Source of the DNA: Armatimonadota bacterium | GTDB taxonomy: Bacteria; Armatimonadota; UBA5829; DSUL01 | Length of the DNA stretch: 64,000 nt | NCBI GenBank assembly: GCA_039811685.1 | Contig: JBDHZC010000001.1 | Span: forward strand, 672,001-736,000 | Reading direction: 5' to 3' | Shown here: positions 10,486 through 20,846 of the stretch, one piece after another | Layout: each line of letters begins with the position of its first letter | How positions within the stretch are numbered: position 1 is the first letter of the stretch | Position numbers and translations under genes: made by a program | The notes under the pieces: model-generated | Told to the model about the DNA's origin: nothing | The model's database searches: none | Seen by the model: only the letters and a program-made list of their open reading frames with translations

Positions 10486-10544
10486 AAGAAGAGAATTCGT
10501 CTCCTTGAAAAGATAGAATAACCAGACGCTTTCGTCTTGGCAGG

Positions 10545-10574
10545 ATTGTAACACAGCCGCGATTCCAGCGTCAA
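10545..10574 (-). promoter_or_regulatory. sigma70-type promoter of the ilv-leu operon
   Basis: TTGACG-N18-TACAAT with an extended -10 TG. Confidence 0.6.
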
Positions 10575-10710
10575 CATTATTTGTGTCTATATCTGTACAG
10601 TCGGCAGGTGGTGGTAGAATCTTGAGAGCCTGGAACTCACGGCTCGGGCTTTTCGCTTCCAGTTATTAACTGTCCCGGATGTGTCCCGGATGACCGAAGG
10701 AGTATTCTTC

Positions 10711-11571
10711 TTGCGCATTCTGTTTCTATTCTCTGCCGCGATTCTGTTCAGCGCCTTTTCCCCAGCCGTGGCCTCCCCAGTGGCTGTCATCTGCTATCAC
10801 GAAATCTGCGCCGCGCCCCGGAATGACATGGAAACCACACCTGAGAACTTTGAAGGCCAATTGCGCTATTTGAAACAGCACGGGTATCGCACTCTGAGCA
10901 TGGATCAGCTTGTAGCGCACGTGCGCGGGGTTCACCCAGCGCCTGAGAAGTCGGTCGTTCTCACATTTGACGACGGCTATGAGGGCGTCTACCGCTATGC
11001 CTATCCATTGCTGAAGCGCTACGGATTCCACGCGGTAGTCTTTCTGGTAACCGCTAAAGTGGGATCGAAGGGGGGAAAGATGCAGCACCTGAGCTGGCCA
11101 CAGGTGTGCGAAATGGATCGATCCAAAGTTGTGGAGGCGGCCGTACACTGCCACGCCAAACACGTGAAGATGGCGCAGGCGTGGGATGTAGAACGCTCCA
11201 AAGGACAGAGCGGACAGGATCTGATAGACGACCTTAGGACCGCGCGGCACTTGTTGCAGAGCAATATCCATCACGCCGTCAACTACCTGGCGTGGCCCTA
11301 TGGAAGTTACAATCGCGAGTTGATAAACGGAGCGCGTCAGCTTGGGTATCAGGCGCTTGTGACAACAGACTACGGCGTAAATCCTGCCGGGACAGATCCA
11401 GATCGCATCAAGCGGCTTAGGATGTCCAGCCGATACGACACGCCGCAGCGCTTTGCTTCGAAGCTCGACGCTTACCGCATGCAGCCTGCAGGGAGAGCCG
11501 AAGGCGGCCGCAGCCGTCACCACTCACCCGCTCACGTACACAGTGCCACAGTACCTAGAAGAAGCGTCTAG
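10711..11571 (+). CDS. polysaccharide deacetylase (CE4/NodB, PgaB/IcaB-like), secreted
   Basis: ICYH, LTFDDGY, HCHAKH and LAWPYG motifs; signal peptide; start placed at TTG after GAAGGAG. Confidence 0.88.
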   Translation: MRILFLFSAAILFSAFSPAVASPVAVICYHEICAAPRNDMETTPENFEGQLRYLKQHGYRTLSMDQLVAHVRGVHPAPEKSVVLTFDDGYEGVYRYAYPLLKRYGFHAVVFLVTAKVGSKGGKMQHLSWPQVCEMDRSKVVEAAVHCHAKHVKMAQAWDVERSKGQSGQDLIDDLRTARHLLQSNIHHAVNYLAWPYGSYNRELINGARQLGYQALVTTDYGVNPAGTDPDRIKRLRMSSRYDTPQRFASKLDAYRMQPAGRAEGGRSRHHSPAHVHSATVPRRSV

Positions 11572-12601
11572 CCAACGCGAGAATTCCCTGGTTCCACGGC
11601 ACTCGGTGTGAAACGCCACTCTGGTTTTCGAAAGTGTGCAAGTTGTCCAGGTACCAACGGTAATTGCGTATCAGAGCCTGTTGATTGGAGTACACCGGAT
11701 CATAGCCAAGCACTCGTTCTGCCTTTTCAATTGATACAAACGAGTCCTTCGAGGCTGTTTCGTACACCCACTTGTAGAGCGGAGAGAGCCGGAGCTTTTC
11801 GAGAACCTTCAGAGCCAGAATGACCGGAGTCTCGGGCAGACTGACAATCTTTTTGCCAAATCCGGCGTAATCCAGCACCGCCTGATAGTCTTCTTTCATC
11901 GTGCGGTACTCTCTGGCTCCGATGTTGAACACGTCGTTCACCTTCTCACGAGGCAGAGCCGCCACCAGCCAGATCGCCTGACACAGATCCTCAACGTCCA
12001 GAAGCTGGTAACGATTCTCCCCGCTTCCGATCATTGGGAATCCGTGTCCCTGCCTGGCCCAGTCATAAAACAATGCAAAGACGCCCAGACGCTCAGGCCC
12101 CACGAATGACTTCGGACGCAGAACGGGCACACACATTCCGTCCTGACGGAAGAGCTGACACATCTCCTCAGCCAATACCTTCGCTTCTCCGTACGGACCC
12201 ACTCCGTGCATTGGGTCCGCTTCATAGAGAGGATGGTGGTCCGGCACCCCGTAGACTGCTGTGGAGGAAATGTAGACTGTCCGTTCTACCCCAAGGGCTT
12301 TAGCCGCGGCAAGAACGTAGGTGGTTCCGAGAAGATCCGTACTGAAAATGTCTTCCTGGCTGTAAAGCGGGAGAGCCGCCGCGCAATGTACAACAACGTC
12401 CGCCCCGCGCATCGCGCTCATAAGACAGTCAATATCCCGAATATCTCCCATAATGGGCGTAATCTGATCTTTCTCGGGATAGTCGAAGGGCGCAATGTCA
12501 AACGACACAACCTTGTGTCCTTTGCCGAGGAGATAGCGGACAAGATTGATACCGAGGAACCCGGCGCCACCGGTTACGAAAAATACCTTCTTCTGAATCA
12601 T
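11555..12601 (-). CDS. NAD-dependent epimerase/dehydratase (extended SDR)
   Basis: TGGAGFLG, SSTAVYG and YGEAK motifs; start placed at MIQKK. Confidence 0.9.
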   Translation of the reverse strand: MIQKKVFFVTGGAGFLGINLVRYLLGKGHKVVSFDIAPFDYPEKDQITPIMGDIRDIDCLMSAMRGADVVVHCAAALPLYSQEDIFSTDLLGTTYVLAAAKALGVERTVYISSTAVYGVPDHHPLYEADPMHGVGPYGEAKVLAEEMCQLFRQDGMCVPVLRPKSFVGPERLGVFALFYDWARQGHGFPMIGSGENRYQLLDVEDLCQAIWLVAALPREKVNDVFNIGAREYRTMKEDYQAVLDYAGFGKKIVSLPETPVILALKVLEKLRLSPLYKWVYETASKDSFVSIEKAERVLGYDPVYSNQQALIRNYRWYLDNLHTFENQSGVSHRVPWNQGILALARRFF

Positions 12602-12678
12602 AGCAGTGCCGCTACATCTGACGCACGTAGCTCCAGACACTATAGCCAATCTACTATCTCAAAGCTGACAGCAACTGC

Positions 12679-15600
12679 TTACGGCGCCGGAGTGTGCACG
12701 ATAATGTCAGCGGCGTCTCGCACCAGAATCCTCGGATACAGATTCGGCTCAGATTTGTAGCAGGCGCTGATTCCGGTGACCTGCACGTAGCTTCCAACAG
12801 CGGGCGCGGCAATCCCAGGCGCCCAGACCCGGACGCCCGGACGTCCATCTGCGTCCTTGATAGGCGCGCTATGCACCGTCACGCCCTGGTTGATATTGAA
12901 ATAGTTGCCACTCGGATCGACGTAGGTCACTCTTCCCCACGCGCAGATCAGAAGCCCGATATTATTCAGATCTCTGTCAGCAGTTACTACTCCCTGAACA
13001 CCACTTCCGGTCTCAGGATTGTAGTAAAAGCCGGACCCCGCAATGGCACGGTTGTTCATTCTGAGCGGACGGGCTCCACAAGGTCCTTTGATGCTGAGGT
13101 AGGTTCCCAGCAGAACTCGCTCTCCGTCCTGGGTTGTACTCAATGTGCCTTTGACGTCCACAAGCACTCCTTGCGGAACGGGATTTGGCCAGACGACGCA
13201 AATCCCCGCAGCACGATCCTGTCTCTGCGCATAGAACGCTCCATCGAACTGAGCAGTGGTACACAAATTGTACAAAGACGCCGATGCGCCGTCCAACTGG
13301 AGCTCCGCAAGGCGGATTTGTGTTGGTGGTGCGACGACGATGCCGTTGCTGACCCCGACGTCCGTCCAGGCGTTGTCGCTCATCCTCGCTTTGACATACC
13401 AGTAATAGACGGCTCCAGGCTGGAGGTCCAGATCAGTTTCGGTCGCCTCTGTATTCAGACCCGCAGACTTCCAGTCAACCGTGTATCCGTTGTGAGGGTC
13501 TGTCGGCGAAGTGCCGATCGCGTAAAAGAACTCAGCAATGCTCTGCACGCTTTTTTCCGCAAGCCGAACACGGCTGGCAGTCGGTCCATGAGGGTTTGTC
13601 GCGCTCAGACCTTCGGCATTTGAGCAGACGCTATGTGTCAATGCCAGCGCTGCTGAGGAATCATAGGCACTGACATCGCTCAGACTCAAGACTGGAGTAT
13701 GGCCACATCCGCAGATGCCATCCCCCTCGTCATTAGAATCCGTGCTTTCGGCAGCGATGGAACTCCACGCCGGAAGAGTGCCGCTGCGCAAAACGCCACC
13801 CTCTGAACCTGCAGTCTGCGCAGCGACTCCGGACGACAGAAAACCTGGGGCGAGCGCCCACGACGCGTGCAGAGTAGTCGTGCTGCTGGTTGAGTCGCCA
13901 TCGTCAGTAACGACAGGAGCTGGGGGAGCCGTGAGATATTCCGCGGCTCCGATATCCACGGACGGGCCTACAATTCGAGCAACACCGTTGACGTCTATGA
14001 GAGGCAGTCCGCTTGCTCCCATCCATCCGGCGTCTATACAGGGTGAATTGGAGAGCAGGCGGAAGTCACTATGCATGGCGTCCGCCAACTGCGGATTAGC
14101 CGCGAAATCGGCCGATCCTGGGCTCAATCCGACAAGATCTCGCGGCTGATTCTCATAGTAGCAGTTGTTGCGCAGAACGGGAGGCAAGCCACTTGGCACC
14201 TGCAACCCCCCGCCGCCAGAGTTGTAGGCGACAATGTTGTTGGCAAACACCAGAGAAGGCGCTGTCAGGAAATAGCCGCCGCCACCCTGGGAAGATGTAT
14301 TGCCCACAATGGTGTTATTAACAACACTGCCCTTGCTGTTATTCACATAGATGGCGCCACCGGGGTAATAATCTGCCGAGTTGTAGGCAAAAACAGATGA
14401 GGCCACCTCGGGAATAATGGAGCTGTCCCAGGGACTCTGCATCCTGATTGCACCGCCCGCACTGAATTGACCTCGGGCGCGATTGCGCAAGAACGTGCAA
14501 CCGGTTACAACCGCAGCAGACATGTTCAAGTGCAGACCGGCCCCGCCCGCATACCAGTACCAGTTGCTGGAGAGATAGGCGCTATTGTCAGTAAAAGTGC
14601 ACCGGCTGATGGTTGGTGAAGAGCTGGAGGCGCTCAGACCCGCGCCTTTGTCCCCAGTGACATTGCCGGAGAAAATACACCCAGAAACAACTCCAGAACT
14701 GTCCCGCTCAAGAAACAGGCCACCACCAGAAGAAGAAGCAGTGTTGGATACAAAGCTGCATCCGGAGATAAGGCTCTGTGAATCAGATAGAAAGGCTCCA
14801 CCACCCACCGCAGCCGCATTATTTGAGAAAGTGCAGTTTGCTACGCTCGGAGAACAACCCCAAACATAGATGCCTCCGCCAGCGGCATTTGGCGCGGCGC
14901 CGTTGACAAAACGCAGCCCATCGAGAGAAGCGCTGTGCTTGTCCTGCCACTGCGACCCATCCACATAGACACAGCGGCCGCTACTGCTTGCGTCAATTGA
15001 CGTCACGTTGGTCTCAATGTTGCGCTGCGAGATGAGCGTCTCTGTCCCCGCGAATCCCCCGTAGATTCGAACATTTTCTTTCAGCGTGACAACTGCGCCA
15101 ATAGCAGACGAAAACGGCGTGCGAATGTTGTGGTCAGCTACGATTCCAAAGGCTGTTTTCCCTGGCGGCGCGTTCTCGTAGATGCCCCGATAGAAGTGGC
15201 GCACCGTTGAAGGCGCGGAGTCGCCATCAGACACGACAGTGTGTTCGTGGACAATGAACCAGACCGGTTCACCGCTGTCTGCACCGCCTGCCGGATACGG
15301 GGAAGCCAGGCTTGTGGCCTGCCCGCCAGCCAGCGAGTAGTTTGGCCCGCTCCACCAGTCCCCATTAGCTCTGATGCGCACAGGCTGAAAATAGGCTCGC
15401 CGGACCTTGCCGTCCCAGGTCTTGAACTTCACAGTCGGCCGGATGTACTTGATGTTTGCCTTTTGGGCTACGGTAAGTGGCGCTCCATTGATTGTGCCGT
15501 CAGATGTCAGATAGTACTCACAACTGCTCAACTGGTTGAAGGCGACGTTCGGTCCGGTAAAGAGAAGAGTGCCAGGATGAGAGCCGGTCTGCGGATCGCA

Positions 15601-16551
15601 CCCGTAGAACTCAATCGCCGCAGACTGCGAGTTCTCCACGTTTTCCACTACGACGCTAACGCGAAAACTGGATGCGCTCCCTTCTGCCGTCTCAAGCGAG
15701 TAGGAAGGCGCTCCGCACCGGTACTTCCACGGCAAGACCACAATGCTTCCGCGCCGCAGCATATCCCGGAACGCCAGCCGTCTGTTCGCGTAAACCGGAC
15801 TTTCCGAGATCGTGGGAATCACTCCAATATTGACACCTGAAAACGGCCAGTAAGGCTCCGCCTTATGACGATCGTCGGACGTTATCCCCCAGACAATCTT
15901 GCTGCAAGCGCCAGCCTGGTCATCCAGATTGGCCAGAACGTAGTCCCACTTATCAATGTCCGCAGGATACTCCGGGGCTCTGATCTCAAGCGCATGCATT
16001 CCGTTAGCGTTCGCAGCCGCAGACAGATCCTGAGCGGTGACGATCTTGGTCTCCATGTTTGGGTGATGGACGATGAGCAACGCGTCAGGATTAGCCGCCG
16101 CGATGGCAGACATACGCACAGCAAAAGACTGACTGATATTGGTGCCGCCGGTGCTGACTGTCGGAGGGCCCGTGTAGATGCTGCCGGTTGTGTACAGTAC
16201 TCCGAGGTGGGCGTACTGGGGCACCCCGTTTGAATCGACATACTGGAGATCTTTTTCCTCCCCAAGCATGTCAACCGCATTAGGGAAAACGGCCTCATTG
16301 CTGTCAGTAACAAAAGAGGAGGTCAAGCCACTGTAGGTTCCAGCTTTTACCCAGATGTCCCCGCCTCCTTCTGCGCTAGCTGCATCGACGGCCGCCTGGA
16401 TGGAGGCTTTGGCAGATGCCCAGGAGAGTCCATCCCGTGCGTCAGATCCATCAGACGCGACGTAAAAGACACGCGCATAACTGGTTTGGCTGCTGCACAC
16501 CATGACCGCAGCCGATAGGTATAGCACTGCTATGATAACCCGGCGCCACAC
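12679..16551 (-). CDS. secreted multidomain protein: parallel beta-helix with an inserted PHP-type metallohydrolase region, an FN3-like domain and a C-terminal OB-like domain pair
   Basis: Signal peptide; YVASDGSDARDGLSW..IQAAVD..IWVKAGTY; GGG-x repeats of a beta-helix; VDIGAAEY; FN3-like YAIGT..YYWYVKA; C-terminal LNNIGLL..WGRV. Confidence 0.75.
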   Translation of the reverse strand: MWRRVIIAVLYLSAAVMVCSSQTSYARVFYVASDGSDARDGLSWASAKASIQAAVDAASAEGGGDIWVKAGTYSGLTSSFVTDSNEAVFPNAVDMLGEEKDLQYVDSNGVPQYAHLGVLYTTGSIYTGPPTVSTGGTNISQSFAVRMSAIAAANPDALLIVHHPNMETKIVTAQDLSAAANANGMHALEIRAPEYPADIDKWDYVLANLDDQAGACSKIVWGITSDDRHKAEPYWPFSGVNIGVIPTISESPVYANRRLAFRDMLRRGSIVVLPWKYRCGAPSYSLETAEGSASSFRVSVVVENVENSQSAAIEFYGCDPQTGSHPGTLLFTGPNVAFNQLSSCEYYLTSDGTINGAPLTVAQKANIKYIRPTVKFKTWDGKVRRAYFQPVRIRANGDWWSGPNYSLAGGQATSLASPYPAGGADSGEPVWFIVHEHTVVSDGDSAPSTVRHFYRGIYENAPPGKTAFGIVADHNIRTPFSSAIGAVVTLKENVRIYGGFAGTETLISQRNIETNVTSIDASSSGRCVYVDGSQWQDKHSASLDGLRFVNGAAPNAAGGGIYVWGCSPSVANCTFSNNAAAVGGGAFLSDSQSLISGCSFVSNTASSSGGGLFLERDSSGVVSGCIFSGNVTGDKGAGLSASSSSPTISRCTFTDNSAYLSSNWYWYAGGAGLHLNMSAAVVTGCTFLRNRARGQFSAGGAIRMQSPWDSSIIPEVASSVFAYNSADYYPGGAIYVNNSKGSVVNNTIVGNTSSQGGGGYFLTAPSLVFANNIVAYNSGGGGLQVPSGLPPVLRNNCYYENQPRDLVGLSPGSADFAANPQLADAMHSDFRLLSNSPCIDAGWMGASGLPLIDVNGVARIVGPSVDIGAAEYLTAPPAPVVTDDGDSTSSTTTLHASWALAPGFLSSGVAAQTAGSEGGVLRSGTLPAWSSIAAESTDSNDEGDGICGCGHTPVLSLSDVSAYDSSAALALTHSVCSNAEGLSATNPHGPTASRVRLAEKSVQSIAEFFYAIGTSPTDPHNGYTVDWKSAGLNTEATETDLDLQPGAVYYWYVKARMSDNAWTDVGVSNGIVVAPPTQIRLAELQLDGASASLYNLCTTAQFDGAFYAQRQDRAAGICVVWPNPVPQGVLVDVKGTLSTTQDGERVLLGTYLSIKGPCGARPLRMNNRAIAGSGFYYNPETGSGVQGVVTADRDLNNIGLLICAWGRVTYVDPSGNYFNINQGVTVHSAPIKDADGRPGVRVWAPGIAAPAVGSYVQVTGISACYKSEPNLYPRILVRDAADIIVHTPAP

Positions 16552-16741
16552 TTTGTGATATCTCCTTGGGACTATTCCGCTGAGTCGAATATGCGTGAGG
16601 GGGACGAAATCTATACTAGAAATCTACCGCACACGTCACCGGTAGTCCATATCGAAAATGTTAAACAATTGCGAAAAGTGTTACGCGCAGCTTCAACTGC
16701 GACGCTATCCAGGCGAAAGTGTCAGTGACAAATGACTACGA

Positions 16742-17938
16742 TCAAGAGGCTTTTTGGTTCCCGGTAGCGACTTCATTTACCACCATCCAAAACTCTTGAC
16801 CCATCCGCTCTTTCGTGAAGTGCTGGACTGCTCTTCTCTGCCCTGCTTCTCCCATCGCAGTCCGGAGAGATTCACTGGACGCTAATTCGGCAAGACGCTG
16901 GGACAGAGTCTGCTCATCATCAGTCGGAACGATGTAGCCTGTCTCACCCTCTGTGACCATCTCTTTGGCCCCACCCCAATCGGTGGCTATTACCGGCTTT
17001 CCGGCAGCCATACCTTCCAGAACGACTGTTGGGAAGGAGTCTGGCAGCGTGGATGGAAGAACACAGATGTCAAGCGCCGCAAGCACGTCCGGGCCGTCAC
17101 TGCGATACCCCGTAAGTGTAATACGCCCTTCCAGTCCAAGCTCTGCAATTGTTTGTCGAAGCTCATCCACCAGATGTTCCTGGCCGACGAAGGCATCGCC
17201 CACAAGCAGGTACTTCAGGTCCGGTTGCGTATCTTTGAGCAGTGCCGCCGCCCGCGCGAGATAACCTTGCCCTTTTCCGCGGGAGATGCGCGCAAGCGTT
17301 CCCACGACGACATCAGACTCACTGTAGCCAAACTCCGAGCGAATCCTGCTGCGACCTGTAGCATTGGCGAAGCGCTCAACGTCTATGCCGTTGTGCAGCA
17401 CACGGATGTTGCGCGCTGCTGGGTTGTCCTGGAGCATGTGTTGCTTGACAGCGTCTGAGACGGTCAGCACGACACGGGACATACGGGGAGCAAGCCGCGC
17501 CGTGAGCAGGCGCACAGATCTTGGAGAGACGATCATCTCGTGGGAGTGCCAGATGTGCGGCCGCTTCGTGAGACGCGCTGCAAACGCACCTGGAAGGACG
17601 GCGGTGGTGTTCGAATGGACAACATCAAACCCTTCGCGCCGGATGATGTGAGCCAAAGCCAGAGTACTGCGAGCGAAGTATGCCAGATACCGTGGAAATC
17701 CCGCGGGACTGAAATACCTACGGCGTAGTACCGCGAGTTTCATTGCGCGGGAATCAACCTGGATACGCTCCAGCTCGCGCGTAAAGCGTCCCTCGTAAGG
17801 AACGTCACAGGGAACGATGACAGCCGGGGTCCACTGGGAACGGTCACAGGCGCGGATGAGCTCCAGCAATATGACATCCGCTCCGTACATCTCGTTTGAG
17901 CTGTGAACGAAGAGAATCTTGCGGGGAGCAATGCTCAA
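16742..17938 (-). CDS. glycosyltransferase family 4
   Basis: DVVHSNT, NGID, KGQ and [20 protein letters not shown] motifs. Confidence 0.9.
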   Translation of the reverse strand: MSIAPRKILFVHSSNEMYGADVILLELIRACDRSQWTPAVIVPCDVPYEGRFTRELERIQVDSRAMKLAVLRRRYFSPAGFPRYLAYFARSTLALAHIIRREGFDVVHSNTTAVLPGAFAARLTKRPHIWHSHEMIVSPRSVRLLTARLAPRMSRVVLTVSDAVKQHMLQDNPAARNIRVLHNGIDVERFANATGRSRIRSEFGYSESDVVVGTLARISRGKGQGYLARAAALLKDTQPDLKYLLVGDAFVGQEHLVDELRQTIAELGLEGRITLTGYRSDGPDVLAALDICVLPSTLPDSFPTVVLEGMAAGKPVIATDWGGAKEMVTEGETGYIVPTDDEQTLSQRLAELASSESLRTAMGEAGQRRAVQHFTKERMGQEFWMVVNEVATGNQKAS

Positions 17939-18654
17939 GTGGGCCCCTGTTGCTCACCGCGTGTGCGAAGAACTCTGGCAGGAACGCCGCCGACTATCGC
18001 ATACTGAGGAACGTCTTTGGTGACAACCGCTCCGGCGGCGATTACGGCGCCCCGCCCCACTGTGACTCCATCCAACACGCAACAACTGGCTCCCAGCCAC
18101 ACATCGTCCTCAATGACAATGCCTTTGCGGGAAGTGCCCTGCCGCTTCATCGGAATATCCAGGCGCTCGATATTGTGCTGCTCAGCAAGAAGGCTGACAC
18201 GGGGGCCCATCATGACGTTAGAGCCTATCTTGATCCCTGCCGCCGCGCCGATATAAGCAAACGCTCCAATGTTGGAACCATTGCCAATCTCAAATCCGAC
18301 TCCGAGCTCTCCGCCGTAGTATCCTGACGGCCGGATCATGGCATAGCGCCCCATAGTGACGCTGTCGCCGATGCGCACACCATTCTGTGAAAGCCCCTGA
18401 ATTTCCGTGCAGTCCTCAGCTACAAAACCCCGCCCTACCTTCACGAGACGAGGATTTCGAATTGTGACGCTTTTGCCGATGAAAACCATCCCGCGAGACC
18501 CCCCCAGAAAGAGCCGCCGCCACGTCCCGCGGACCAGGGACAGCGACACTGTAAACAGCATCGCAAGAATGGCAGATGTAGGCATCCGTTCGTCAATCTT
18601 GAAGTCCGGGCTTTTTTTTGCGGCGCGCGCGAGCTTCATGACCAGGAAACGCAT
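17935..18654 (-). CDS. hexapeptide-repeat O-acetyltransferase
   Basis: [47 protein letters not shown] coupling with the upstream GT2. Confidence 0.9.
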   Translation of the reverse strand: MRFLVMKLARAAKKSPDFKIDERMPTSAILAMLFTVSLSLVRGTWRRLFLGGSRGMVFIGKSVTIRNPRLVKVGRGFVAEDCTEIQGLSQNGVRIGDSVTMGRYAMIRPSGYYGGELGVGFEIGNGSNIGAFAYIGAAAGIKIGSNVMMGPRVSLLAEQHNIERLDIPMKRQGTSRKGIVIEDDVWLGASCCVLDGVTVGRGAVIAAGAVVTKDVPQYAIVGGVPARVLRTRGEQQGPT

Positions 18655-19607
18655 CAGGGGATGTCTCCTTTCAGTCCAGCCCACGCGAGCATTGCGGCTT
18701 TGCGAGAGCAGCGTCCGACATACTCACTCTCAACGCGCCACTTGTCCCCACATCCTCGCATTGAGCGAATTTTGTGCAACAAGCTGCGAAGTCGCAAGCC
18801 AGCGCTGATGACAAGCATCATCGCCGCAGTTGAGATGCGCCCGTGGTCCCGACGATGCCAGCTAGCGATTGAATCAAGCCACATAGTGCTTACAGCGTGA
18901 GCGTCCCCTTTGGAACTGGCGCCCCATATGTGATAGACCGTGACCTGCGGCAGGTAATGGAGCTGGTAGCGGCGGCGTAGCGCTCGCTGGCACCACTCCA
19001 TATCCTCAGCAAACATGAACCAGGATTCATCCAGCGGGCCGACCTCGTTCCAGACCTCCCGGCGCGCTGCCAGACACGCCCCGGAAAGCCACTCCACTCT
19101 CACCGGATCTCGATACACGCCGGCTACCAGATTCATACCACGGAACAGACGGGATCTCGGGAACAGACGCGTGAGGAAGAAATACTGGCAGAACATCCTC
19201 CAAAACCCGGGTAGATACCCGCAGGAGGTCACTTGCAGCGTGCCGTCAGGCTGTGGCAGGTCCGGACACACTGCGCCCACACGGGGATTTTCGCGCAAAT
19301 AGGCGACAATCTTCTCCATAGCGCGCTCCACCACAACTGTATCTGGATTCAAAAGCGCGATGACGTCGCCGGCTGCCTGCTTCAGAGCAAGGTTGTTAGC
19401 GCGGGCGAATCCCAGATTTTCATCACTGGCGATCAGACGCACGTCTGGAAACTCTGCCTCTACCATCTCGACGGAGCCGTCACCGCTGGCATTGTCCACG
19501 ACAAACACTTCGTGCTCCAGATCTGGAGTCTGGTCATACAACGAGGTAAGACAGTCTCGAAGCAGATCTCTTGTGCGGTAATTGACGATGATTGTGCTCA
19601 GATCCAC
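18654..19607 (-). CDS. glycosyltransferase family 2 (rhamnosyltransferase-like)
   Basis: [35 protein letters not shown] and FAED motifs. Confidence 0.9.
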   Translation of the reverse strand: MDLSTIIVNYRTRDLLRDCLTSLYDQTPDLEHEVFVVDNASGDGSVEMVEAEFPDVRLIASDENLGFARANNLALKQAAGDVIALLNPDTVVVERAMEKIVAYLRENPRVGAVCPDLPQPDGTLQVTSCGYLPGFWRMFCQYFFLTRLFPRSRLFRGMNLVAGVYRDPVRVEWLSGACLAARREVWNEVGPLDESWFMFAEDMEWCQRALRRRYQLHYLPQVTVYHIWGASSKGDAHAVSTMWLDSIASWHRRDHGRISTAAMMLVISAGLRLRSLLHKIRSMRGCGDKWRVESEYVGRCSRKAAMLAWAGLKGDIP

Positions 19608-19613
19608 GCGGAT

Positions 19614-20846
19614 TTATCCCTGAGCTGATCGGGCTGGAGCAGGCTTTTGAAACACTTCACGCTCATAGACATCCAGGAGTCTCCCGTCGGCAGCGCTCTG
19701 GCTGTGGCGTTCCTCGACCAGGCGCCTGCCTGCCCGGCCAATCTGCAAAGCCCGTTCTGGCGCTGACAACAAATCGCTCAGAGCTGCGGCAAACTCCTCG
19801 GCTGTATCGCCTATGATTACGTTCTCTCCATTGGTCAGATTCATTCCTTCCACGCCGACGGATGTTGTGACCACCGGGCGGCCAAACGCCATCGCTTCGA
19901 TGATTTTGCCCTTGATCCCGCTTCCAACACGCAGAGGGGCAATGGAGACGTTGGCGGACTGGATGAATGGCGCCACATCTGGGACGGCGCCCGTCACGGT
20001 TATGCCCGGAAGTGATCCCAACGCGGTCACTTCCGGGGGCGGTTGGCTTCCAACGATGGATAACTCTACGTCCGGATGGCGTCTTTGGACTTCTGGAAAA
20101 ATCTCTCGCGCGAACCATAGCATAGCGTCCACATTTGGATGGTGAGAGTAGGCGCCGACGTAGACCAACCTCTTTCCGGACGGCTCCGTCTCAGGTGGCC
20201 GGCAGACTTCAGTATCAATGCCTGTCGGCAATGTTATTGCCTGGTGCGCCCCGGCTGCGATAACCTCATCCCGGTCACGATCTGTTACGGCGAGAATCGT
20301 GTCCACACTGCGCAGAACCTGGCATTCTGCCCGTTCCGTCGCGAGCCAGATTCGCTTGAGCTTTGACGCTTTGGAGGCGGGAGCCGTATCATAATCGCGC
20401 TTGCGCCGTATGTATTCCACGTCGTGCTCCAGCACTACGCGCCGGTAGGGTTGTGCGTGAAGATCGCCAAGCGCGGCAAACCAGAAGTCGTAATGCACCA
20501 GGTCGGCATTGGTCTGAAGCGCACGGTTCTTCACAACCTCTGAGAAGCGCCCCGGGCAGCCGTAAAACGCATCTACAGGCCAGGATCGCAAGGCTGCCAT
20601 CGCCCTGTAGACTCCGCGATAGGCGACGCGGTGAAAAGGCGTTCTTCGGTGTGGCGCTTCGATTGTTATGAGATCACCGTAACGCCGCAGCTCTTCCAGA
20701 AGATTCCAGTCTGAGGCGGTTCGCGGTATTGTGACAAGAGTGACTTCGTGCCGCGCACTGAGCACCTCAAGGTGGCGCAACAGCCTGATCTTCGCTCCTC
20801 CGTCTGGAGGGAGTGGAAAGAGGGGGGCGGCAAAGACAATTCTCAA
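19614..20846 (-). CDS. glycosyltransferase family 4
   Basis: PPDGGAKIR, HPNVDAMLWF and PLRVGSGIKGKIIEAMAFGRPVVTT motifs. Confidence 0.9.
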   Translation of the reverse strand: MRIVFAAPLFPLPPDGGAKIRLLRHLEVLSARHEVTLVTIPRTASDWNLLEELRRYGDLITIEAPHRRTPFHRVAYRGVYRAMAALRSWPVDAFYGCPGRFSEVVKNRALQTNADLVHYDFWFAALGDLHAQPYRRVVLEHDVEYIRRKRDYDTAPASKASKLKRIWLATERAECQVLRSVDTILAVTDRDRDEVIAAGAHQAITLPTGIDTEVCRPPETEPSGKRLVYVGAYSHHPNVDAMLWFAREIFPEVQRRHPDVELSIVGSQPPPEVTALGSLPGITVTGAVPDVAPFIQSANVSIAPLRVGSGIKGKIIEAMAFGRPVVTTSVGVEGMNLTNGENVIIGDTAEEFAAALSDLLSAPERALQIGRAGRRLVEERHSQSAADGRLLDVYEREVFQKPAPARSAQG

